Source: a virus. Taken from it: 38,429 nucleotides of DNA. The DNA lies in IMG/VR virus record IMGVR_UViG_3300022305_000519. One strand, given 5' to 3'. Under the pieces are notes generated by a model. It was not told the DNA's origin, ran no database searches, and saw nothing but the letters and a program-made list of their open reading frames with translations. This document shows, piece after piece, positions 26,288-31,830 of this stretch. A program made the translations under genes and the position numbers. The first letter of the stretch is position 1, and the number at the start of each line of letters is the position of its first letter.

Positions 26288-26716
26288 TTAACTAACACAG
26301 TATGATTTATTACCGTCTTTGTCTTTCCAGTCATCTCCGACAAACTTTGGATGAACGTCATTTCCCCATTTCTGGATTGATAGGAAAACTCCTCCTCGAT
26401 TCCCGAATATTCCCGAGTGCCAGCTATCAGGTCTTACTCTGATTGTTGCTCCTAGTTCTTTTTGAGCGTAGTCTAGTCCGTCGCATGTAAATACAATATC
26501 CCCTGCTATGTAAACCTCGTATGAATCCACGTTAGGATGCACATGAGGCTTGATTGTTGAGTTTGGCTTTACTGAAAACAATTCAACTTGGTATTGCCCT
26601 TCTCTATATAGAACAAGACCATTCGTATCCGCTACGTACACTAATTTGCTATCTGGCGGCGTATTGATTGGCCTATTTGTTAGCCACCAGTCTTTAAATC
26701 TTTCGAGGTCGTCCAT
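26288..26716 (-). CDS. Cupin-fold protein (142 aa)
   Basis: IKPHVHPNVDSYEVYIAG (HxH...E) together with a later RPDSWHSG is compatible with the two cupin motifs. Confidence 0.5.
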   Translation of the reverse strand: MDDLERFKDWWLTNRPINTPPDSKLVYVADTNGLVLYREGQYQVELFSVKPNSTIKPHVHPNVDSYEVYIAGDIVFTCDGLDYAQKELGATIRVRPDSWHSGIFGNRGGVFLSIQKWGNDVHPKFVGDDWKDKDGNKSYCVS

Positions 26717-27024
26717 TATCGTCCTAACAATCCTTGTCCGATGCCTCTATATGCTGCGAAAAGCTGGTCTATGCTTGATGGCGTAGCGTTTTCTCCGATC
26801 AGCCCCATACGCTTGCCTATGTCCATAATCATGGGTTGTTTAGCCATGTAGTAGAGTGGCGCTGCTGCGGCTATTGGTAATGCCATTAGCGGATTGTCTT
26901 GTACGCTTGTCCTGGCGAAGTCCATATGCTCTGCAGGTGCTAGCAATGGGTCAATGAGACGGTCGCCGCCGTACTTGTCTCTTAGCCTGATTAGCTCTTC
27001 TGTGCTTAGGCTGTTTAAGTCCAT
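26716..27024 (-). CDS. Hypothetical protein (102 aa)
   Basis: ORF coupled to the downstream gene. Confidence 0.6.
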   Translation of the reverse strand: MDLNSLSTEELIRLRDKYGGDRLIDPLLAPAEHMDFARTSVQDNPLMALPIAAAAPLYYMAKQPMIMDIGKRMGLIGENATPSSIDQLFAAYRGIGQGLLGR

Positions 27025-27025
27025 G

Positions 27026-27373
27026 TCAAGTCTGCGCTCTGTCTTTTAGGAAGCTCAATGCACTATCTTTCAGCATTGAGAATGCGATTGCTTTTGCGGC
27101 TGCATTCTTGTCGAAATTACGCCCCATCATCGAATAGATTGCGGCTGTTCCAAGCAACCCTCCGACCTTGCTTGACAATGCATTGTTGTCTACCTTGCCA
27201 AAGATTCCAGTCTTATTAAACCAGTCGCTTGTGCCGACACTTCCATTACCATATCCAATTCCTAGATATGGCGTGAACTCTGCTATTTGGTTTGCAGGGC
27301 CTGAAATAATTCCAGCCGCAGCGTTTACGGCAGCTTGCTTTCCATTTTGCAATTGTCCAAATAGTCCTTGCAT
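27026..27373 (-). CDS. Hypothetical Gly/Ala-rich protein (115 aa)
   Basis: Clean ORF on the operon strand. Confidence 0.6.
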   Translation of the reverse strand: MQGLFGQLQNGKQAAVNAAAGIISGPANQIAEFTPYLGIGYGNGSVGTSDWFNKTGIFGKVDNNALSSKVGGLLGTAAIYSMMGRNFDKNAAAKAIAFSMLKDSALSFLKDRAQT

Positions 27374-27411
27374 ATGAGTGATTATATTTTAGTTGGATAA
27401 ATCAATCAAAT

Positions 27412-27573
27412 TTAATTCACATCTTGTGGGTAGTTATATCTAACCCATTGCGCCATTGCCTGCCCAATAACACCGCATCGAACTAAGTTATATAACTCGT
27501 CATCAGAGCATTTCTCTAGCTCTTGTTCTAGCTGTGCCATGAGCATGGCAATGGTGACTAGATCAGCGGTCAT
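27412..27573 (-). CDS. Small hypothetical protein (53 aa)
   Basis: ATGA overlap with the upstream H-NS-like gene. Below the track cutoff. Confidence 0.45.
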   Translation of the reverse strand: MTADLVTIAMLMAQLEQELEKCSDDELYNLVRCGVIGQAMAQWVRYNYPQDVN

Positions 27574-27749
27574 GCAATTCGATATTGTTCCTTATCCTTT
27601 CCCTGCAAGAACTTCGGCAAGCGACCGCGCCCGGCCCATGTTTCACCATTCGGCCCCTTGAACTTTACTGGAAGTGTGCGGCCTTTTAGCTTGCTAGGCG
27701 CTTTCTGTTGCACTTCGGTTACTTGTACGGTTTCTTGAGTCTGTTCCAT
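27570..27749 (-). CDS. Short H-NS-family DNA-binding-domain protein (59 aa; C-terminal domain only)
   Basis: Hand translation: MEQTQETVQVTEVQQKAPSKLKGRTLPVKFKGPNGETWAGRGRLPKFLQGKDKEQYRIA. It carries the core H-NS/MvaT/Bv3F motif (..G.tW.GrGr.Pkw/fl). Below the track cutoff. Confidence 0.65.
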   Translation of the reverse strand: MEQTQETVQVTEVQQKAPSKLKGRTLPVKFKGPNGETWAGRGRLPKFLQGKDKEQYRIA

Positions 27750-27863
27750 GTCAATCCTATTGGTTTATGAACTGTTATTTTAACACTCTTCCCATGTTTT
27801 TTCCACTGTTTAAACGATCAGTGTTTTATTAGGGTTTTTACTAGTAGAAAAAACATTTTGGAT

Positions 27864-27872
27864 TGGCATAAT
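27864..27872 (+). promoter_or_regulatory. Extended -10 promoter candidate (TGgCATAAT) for the plus-strand moron operon
   Basis: tggcataat read at 27864-27872, about 35 nt upstream of the first plus-strand gene. No good -35 element. Confidence 0.35.
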
Positions 27873-27905
27873 AGAGTCATCAGCAAAGCAACTAGGAGAT
27901 AGAAA

Positions 27906-28097
27906 ATGCGAGTCATCATCAAAGACAAGGACACCGAAGCTGCTTACAAGTTTGCCGACCAATGGGCAAATACTGCTCAGGTTATGGCAGAGCAGCTTGA
28001 GGATGAAGGCACAATTCTTAGTGTTGAGGCATCTAAGAAATGGTATCGGATTATGGATGCTTTCCGCCAAGCCGCCGATGAAGTTGGCAAGGTCTAA
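27906..28097 (+). CDS. Hypothetical protein (63 aa), first gene of the plus-strand accessory operon
   Basis: A strong RBS within the motif CAACTAGGAG lies 7 nt upstream. The antisense ORF 27810-28070 lacks an RBS. Confidence 0.65.
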   Translation: MRVIIKDKDTEAAYKFADQWANTAQVMAEQLEDEGTILSVEASKKWYRIMDAFRQAADEVGKV

Positions 28098-28144
28098 AAA
28101 ATGGAAGGCTTGCTCTTCAATACTTTGATGTACTGGTGAAATAA

Positions 28145-28723
28145 ATGCAAACTACTCTCAATAAAATCCGTTCGCATGGTCCGTGTGCTAGTGGATGGAA
28201 AAAACTTCTCGCGCACCTGGGAAAGACTGAGGCAGACAACGAACCGCTGTCTATCCTCACCATTATTGAAAGCAACGGCCTTGATGACGCCTTGTGGTGC
28301 CTGCGTGCCGTAGACGGAAGCGATAAAGAGATTCGCTTGTTTGCCGTCTGGTGCGCCCGGCAAGTGCAGCACTTGATGACCGACAAGCGAAGTATTGATG
28401 CTCTTGATGTTGCCGAAAAATATGCATCAGGCATGGCTACTCGTGATGAATTGGAACGCGCGGAGTCTGCTGCGGAGTCTGCTGCGTGGTCTGCTGCGTG
28501 GTCTGCTGCGCGGTCTGCTGCGGAGTCTGCTGCGTGGTCTGCTGCGTGGTCTGCTGCGGAGTCTGCTGCGCGGTCTGCTGCGCGGTCTGCTGCGTGGTCT
28601 GCTGCGGAGTCTGCTGCGCGGTCTGCTGCGTGGTCTGCTGCGTGGTCTGCTGCGGAGTCTGCACAAAAAACAGAATTGATCCGTATTTGCAAGGAAATCG
28701 AATGCGCTTCCAACAAATCCTAG
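28145..28723 (+). CDS. Paralog A (192 aa): conserved N-terminal domain of about 105 aa plus 17 x [E/W/R]-S-A-A tandem repeats
   Basis: The N-terminus MQTTLNKIRSHGPCASGWKKLL...LWCLRAVDGSDKEIRLFAVWCARQVQHLM...ATRDELE aligns residue for residue with the product of 31234-31773. Confidence 0.8.
   Translation: MQTTLNKIRSHGPCASGWKKLLAHLGKTEADNEPLSILTIIESNGLDDALWCLRAVDGSDKEIRLFAVWCARQVQHLMTDKRSIDALDVAEKYASGMATRDELERAESAAESAAWSAAWSAARSAAESAAWSAAWSAAESAARSAARSAAWSAAESAARSAAWSAAWSAAESAQKTELIRICKEIECASNKS
28460..28663 (+). repeat. Perfect 12-nt tandem array, (gag|tgg|cgg)-tct-gct-gcg, 17 units
   Basis: Direct reading. Only the first two bases of each unit vary. There are no stops in any of the six frames. 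Confidence 0.95.
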
Positions 28724-28905
28724 ACCTTGCCCGTCACCATGCCGATAATGGTGCTGAAATGCAAACCTCTGCTGATCTGTGCATCCAAGAAGCTCTTGAA
28801 GCATGGCACGAAGGCAAATGGAACACTGCTAAACAGTGGGCTATTAAATCGCTCTCTCACTCTGTGGGAGTTCTTCATTCTGACTATATTGAGGCAAGCA
28901 AATGA
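28702..28905 (+). CDS. Hypothetical protein (67 aa)
   Basis: Internal ATG of tracked ORF 28486-28905, with AAGGA upstream. The N-terminal part of the tracked ORF is a repeat-frame artefact (VCC repeats). Confidence 0.6.
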   Translation: MRFQQILDLARHHADNGAEMQTSADLCIQEALEAWHEGKWNTAKQWAIKSLSHSVGVLHSDYIEASK

Positions 28906-29003
28906 GCTTCATCATCCTATCAGCATCTATCGGCCTGTTCTGCTACATCGCATGGCGTATCGTTGACCGTATCGCTACTGTGATAGTAGACGAACTGTTT
29001 TAA
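28902..29003 (+). CDS. Small single-TM protein (33 aa)
   Basis: ATGA overlap with the upstream stop. TM segment FIILSASIGLFCYIAWRIV. Followed by a terminator. Confidence 0.4.
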   Translation: MSFIILSASIGLFCYIAWRIVDRIATVIVDELF

Positions 29004-29020
29004 TCGCTCCTAGACGCAAT

Positions 29021-29048
29021 AAAGGCCCTTCGGGGCCTTTTTGTATTT
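29021..29048 (+). terminator. Intrinsic terminator ending the plus-strand accessory operon
   Basis: aaaggccc-ttcg-gggccttt hairpin followed by ttgtattt. It also faces the convergent TLP gene. Confidence 0.8.
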
Positions 29049-29172
29049 GTGCCGGGTGCTACGACCCATCCCGGCCTGGGCTTTCCTTTGGCTGGAGCAA
29101 TTTACAGCCTTCCATCCGTAGCTTTTGGGTTCTGTTTATTTCGCGTAATAATCTGGCAGGATATTCGCCGGT

Positions 29173-29994
29173 CTATCTTGCGTTAAACCGCTCTGCCACC
29201 AGTGGTTCAGCGCCATCAAAAATGACAGCCTCGCGGTTCGTCACAGTGCCAAGCGGCGGCATGTCAAGCGCGGCGCACACGGACCGTTCGACCACCAGCG
29301 CCGGGTTTGTGCGTGCCTCGTGCTTCGGTGGCAAACGGTCCAGTTCTTCGGTGCTGAACGGCACGCTCACGGTACGCCGCTGCACGTAGGCGCCACGCTT
29401 GAACAGCGGCGGGTAGTCGTTCCAGTTCACACCCTTAGCGTGCAGCATGTCATGCTTCTGTGGGTTGTTCTTGCCCGTCAGTGCCTTATGGCTGTAGTGC
29501 GCCGAAGCTGCCATGCTCACGCTGTTCTTAGTGGCGTCCCACTCGCGCCACAGAAACACATTCGCGCCTTCGGCCCGATTCGGCACATTCCACACGCGGG
29601 CGTCAAATGTCGGCAGGCGATTAGCATATTGCGGCATGCGTTCCAGCACCAAGCGGTAGAAGATCAACGTGGCCTGGGCTGCAAGCTGGCTTGTCATCTT
29701 CGCCACGCGGCCATCAAACCAAATCTGGCTCTGTGTCGTGCTGGCGTGCCAAGCCAGTGTGATTTCGTCGCTCTGCGTGTAGCCCATGCAGGCACCGGTG
29801 TCGCGCACCAGTGCGGCGGTCGTGCCCAGCATGCAGCCAGAAAAACCGGAATCGAATGGGCGCTCCATACCTTTTGTAAAGCTGTGGAATGCGCGGCCAT
29901 CAATCCGCGCCATGGCTGGCAGCAGCGGCATCAAGCGCCGCCCGGCTTCCATGCCCTCGTACAGTTTCATTCGGTCGCCTAAATCATCTTTCAT
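29173..29994 (-). CDS. Thg1-like protein (TLP), tRNA(His) guanylyltransferase-family 3'-5' nucleotidyltransferase
   Basis: Family blocks present: GDRMKLYE, ARIDGRAFHSFTKG..RPFD, GYTQSDEITL, FDGRVAKMTSQLAAQAT, FDARVWNVP, FLWREWDATKNS and KGVNWNDYPPLFKRG. The metal-binding Asp (DGR) and the acidic pair (SDE) are both retained. Confidence 0.9.
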   Translation of the reverse strand: MKDDLGDRMKLYEGMEAGRRLMPLLPAMARIDGRAFHSFTKGMERPFDSGFSGCMLGTTAALVRDTGACMGYTQSDEITLAWHASTTQSQIWFDGRVAKMTSQLAAQATLIFYRLVLERMPQYANRLPTFDARVWNVPNRAEGANVFLWREWDATKNSVSMAASAHYSHKALTGKNNPQKHDMLHAKGVNWNDYPPLFKRGAYVQRRTVSVPFSTEELDRLPPKHEARTNPALVVERSVCAALDMPPLGTVTNREAVIFDGAEPLVAERFNAR

Positions 29995-30215
29995 ACATTC
30001 CCTCGGAATCGGTTTAACAGGTCGCCCAAGTCCGACCGCCTACGGCGTCGGCTTGTCTCCAGCGTTAGAACTCATGACCGCGCCATTTCCAAGAGCGCAT
30101 TGCTTCCGATCAATGCCGCGTACTTATCGTTCAAATTGGTTGATGGTGTGCCAGTGCTGTTATCTCTGGCTTGCTTTAAGCGGCAACTTTGTTAGGCAAT
30201 AATTTGGCTAACTAC

Positions 30216-30221
30216 ATTATC
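30216..30221 (-). promoter_or_regulatory. -10-like element GATAAT inside the repeated motif ATAATGTAGTT (proximal copy, about 220 nt upstream of the TLP ATG)
   Basis: Plus strand attatc at 30216-30221. It shares the 11-mer aactacattat with the copy at 30489-30499. No convincing -35 element. Confidence 0.3.
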
Positions 30222-30324
30222 CGCAGGTCAGCATCCTGCATTACACCATCAAGATAGCGCACATAGCCGTTCTTCCAGTTACATTAACCGCCCGCTAGTG
30301 CGGTCACTATATGCGCTAACTTCA

Positions 30325-30493
30325 TGGCGTTTAGGATTGGCGGACAGTCGCTACTATGGCTAAACCTTATTCGGCATTCGGTTTACAGCTACACCGGAAG
30401 GGACGAACCCAGCGCCGGGCCTTATTAGCTGTGCGTGTCTCCGTTGCAACCGCTTGGGCAGTTACTCTCCACGCCGCGCCAATCCTAAACTAC
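30325..30493 (-). ncRNA. Candidate structured RNA (about 165 nt) closed by a perfect 14-bp terminal helix
   Basis: gtttaggattggcg (30329-30342) is the exact reverse complement of cgccaatcctaaac (30477-30490). Internal hairpins include ACAGCTA/TAGCTGT and TAAACC/GGTTTA. The region has no ORF. A TATAAT lies immediately 5' on the minus strand. Confidence 0.35.
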
Positions 30494-30499
30494 ATTATA
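30494..30499 (-). promoter_or_regulatory. Perfect -10 hexamer TATAAT (distal copy of the ATAATGTAGTT motif)
   Basis: Plus strand attata at 30494-30499. The helix arm starts 4 nt downstream on the minus strand. The -35 is weak (TTCTTA at 17-nt spacing). Confidence 0.35.
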
Positions 30500-30715
30500 T
30501 GCTTTGTGGTGACAATTAAGAAAGATCATTACCCCCGTGCCAAGAAGTAATTCGCAGATTGGCACATCCACTGCAAATACTTATGCATCTGTCTCAATAG
30601 TCACCACAAAACACACTCTCCTAAAAAGAACCCCATCAACGTACACACATATCCGGGGCCTAAACACTGTCCACATCATTGCCAACTAGGAGAAGAGTTG
30701 GCCAGTGGATAGCGG

Positions 30716-31036
30716 CTAACTTGTTGCTCGATCTTGCCTGCGGTTGCTTGCTTCCTGGCTTCTCCACACTTCGATTCGTAGCTCTGCCGCTGTCATCTGC
30801 CACTTCATCGTTTCCTCTGCCTCTACAGCAGCCCTAAGCCCCTCTAGTAGCTCTCGGTACTCTGGATGCGCGTAGGCATACGCTTCTTTGGCTGCAATCG
30901 TTCCTTCTGTCTCGTTCATCAGCAGGCTTTTCTTGCTTCTCAGGAAGTTCTCGATGTACACGCGGTTAGCCTTGGCCTGTGCAAACTTTGGCGCGTTTTC
31001 TATTAGGAAGTTGACTGCTTTGTTAGGGTCAGTCAT
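30716..31036 (-). CDS. Hypothetical helical protein (106 aa)
   Basis: Clean ORF, coupled to the upstream 70-aa gene (8-nt overlap). Confidence 0.7.
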   Translation of the reverse strand: MTDPNKAVNFLIENAPKFAQAKANRVYIENFLRSKKSLLMNETEGTIAAKEAYAYAHPEYRELLEGLRAAVEAEETMKWQMTAAELRIEVWRSQEASNRRQDRATS

Positions 31037-31241
31037 TTTTCATTGCTGCGTCAAATTCAATCGCAGATTTTGCAATTTGCGTCATTTGGATATCAGATAA
31101 GCGATTACTAAAAATCTTAGTAGACCCACCCTTATAAATTGCCATCAACGCGCCAAGTGCAGAATTTCTTTGCTGTTGCAGTTCCTCCACCATGCGCTTT
31201 AGGCTGTCCAGGGCTTCGGCTTCGACTTCGATCTTAGGCAT
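31029..31241 (-). CDS. Hypothetical protein (70 aa, MPKIEVEAEALDSLKRMVEEL...)
   Basis: Internal ATG of tracked ORF 31029-31490, with AGGAGG 6 nt upstream. The PT-rich N-terminus of the tracked ORF is a repeat-frame artefact. Confidence 0.65.
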   Translation of the reverse strand: MPKIEVEAEALDSLKRMVEELQQQRNSALGALMAIYKGGSTKIFSNRLSDIQMTQIAKSAIEFDAAMKND

Positions 31242-31773
31242 TGTCAGCCTCCTGGCAGATTTCACGCAGGCGCTTTTCTTGGGAGTAGTAGGCGGCGTAG
31301 GCGTCGGCGGCGTAGGCGTCGGCGTAGGCGTAGGCGTAGGCGTAGGAGGAGGCGTAGGCGGCGGCGTCGGCGGCGTAGGCGTCGGCGTCGGCGTAGGCGG
31401 CGTCGGCGGCGTAGGCGGCGGCTGAGTCGGCGTAGGCGGCGTAGGCGGCGGATCGTGCCGACTCCAATTCATCCCGCGTTGCCATTCCATTCGCGTATCG
31501 CTCCGCTACATCCAGCGCACGAATACTACGTTCGTCTTTCATCAGGTGCTGTACTTGTCGGGCGCACCACACAGCATAAAGCCGGATTTCCTTGTCGTGT
31601 CCGTCCACAGCACGCAGGCACCAAATAGCATCGCGCAAGCCGTTGCTGTCAATGATGGTAGCGATGCTGATTTCTTCGTCATCTGCCTCAGTCTTTCCAA
31701 GGTTACGCAGTAACTTTGCCCATCCAGAATTGCATGGGCCTTTGGCTCGGATTTTGTTGAGGGTGGTTTTCAT
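31234..31773 (-). CDS. Paralog B (179 aa): same N-terminal domain as 28145-28723 plus an Ala/Tyr/Asp dipeptide-repeat C-terminus
   Basis: MKTTLNKIRAKGPCNSGWAKLL...IWCLRAVDGHDKEIRLYAVWCARQVQHLM...ATRDELE. The RBS lies within CAACTAGGAG. Confidence 0.8.
   Translation of the reverse strand: MKTTLNKIRAKGPCNSGWAKLLRNLGKTEADDEEISIATIIDSNGLRDAIWCLRAVDGHDKEIRLYAVWCARQVQHLMKDERSIRALDVAERYANGMATRDELESARSAAYAAYADSAAAYAADAAYADADAYAADAAAYASSYAYAYAYADAYAADAYAAYYSQEKRLREICQEADNA
31285..31450 (-). repeat. 6-nt-period tandem array (plus-strand gcgtag/gcgtcg/gcggcg units; minus strand GCC-TAC / GCC-GAC / GCC-GCC)
   Basis: Direct reading. The region is open in several frames, which produces the PT-rich and GV-rich shadow ORFs. 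Confidence 0.9.
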
Positions 31774-31802
31774 TTCTCTCTCCTAGTTGTTGCTGATGAT
31801 TC

Positions 31803-31830
31803 AGTTTATCCCCTGCCCAGCATCTTGCAA
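31803..31830 (-). promoter_or_regulatory. Sigma70-like promoter candidate for the paralog B operon (TTGCAA-16 nt-TAAACT)
   Basis: Read on the minus strand: TTGCAA at 31830-31825 and TAAACT at 31808-31803. It overlaps an 8-bp inverted repeat, gtttatcc/ggataaac. Confidence 0.4.

Noticed and set aside
28460-28663. Possible CRISPR array (regular short repeats here, and also at 1-238 and 31285-31450)
   Set aside because: The units are contiguous (12, 15 and 6 nt) with no spacers, they lie in-frame inside coding sequences, and no cas genes are present.
28117-28905. Long ORFs in five other frames across the 12-nt array: 28117-28716(-), 28395-28679(+), 28427-28804(-), 28437-28664(-), and the N-terminal VCC-repeat part of 28486-28905(+)
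   Set aside because: The repeat unit has no stop codon in any frame, so every frame stays open. Only the frame of 28145-28723 has an N-terminal domain, a paralog and sensible flanks. The others translate to pure low-complexity strings (RSRP, LLRG, QQT, VCC) with no RBS.
29044-29172. An attP site or tRNA-fragment core downstream of the TLP gene (hairpin gccggg...cccggc at 29051-29075)
   Set aside because: No integrase gene is present in the window, and there is no recognisable tRNA 3'-end sequence. The hairpin is more simply part of the convergent termination region.
29320-29982. A 220-aa plus-strand ORF antisense to the TLP gene (also 29786-30202 plus strand and 29694-29903 minus strand)
   Set aside because: High G+C reduces stop-codon frequency, so long antisense frames are expected. 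The products are Arg/Ala/His-rich and motif-free, whereas the minus-strand frame carries the full set of Thg1 motifs.
30356-30550. A 64-aa plus-strand ORF inside the ORF-free region
   Set aside because: It has no Shine-Dalgarno sequence and is antisense to the surrounding transcription. It spans the 14-bp helix arms and has an Arg/Ala/Val-rich composition. It is more likely a chance frame in GC-rich sequence.
29995-30715. A retron or other RT-dependent ncRNA, or a tRNA or tmRNA gene, in the ORF-free region
   Set aside because: There is no RT gene. The T-loop-like string GGGTTCGTCCC (minus strand, about 30401-30411) lacks a complementary 5-bp T-stem, and I could not build a cloverleaf. It is therefore reported only as an unclassified structured-RNA candidate.
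31029-31490. A PT-rich 153-aa ORF (31029-31490, minus strand) and a GV-rich ORF (31192-31425, plus strand) over the 6-nt array
   Set aside because: These are shadow frames of the repeat. The real genes are paralog B (31234-31773) and the 70-aa gene, which starts at the internal ATG at 31241 and has an AGGAGG RBS.
28145-31773. Diversity-generating retroelement (a template/variable repeat pair formed by the two paralogs)
   Set aside because: No reverse transcriptase is present anywhere in the window. Differences between the paralogs are spread over all four bases and over the whole domain, not restricted to adenine positions in a C-terminal variable region.
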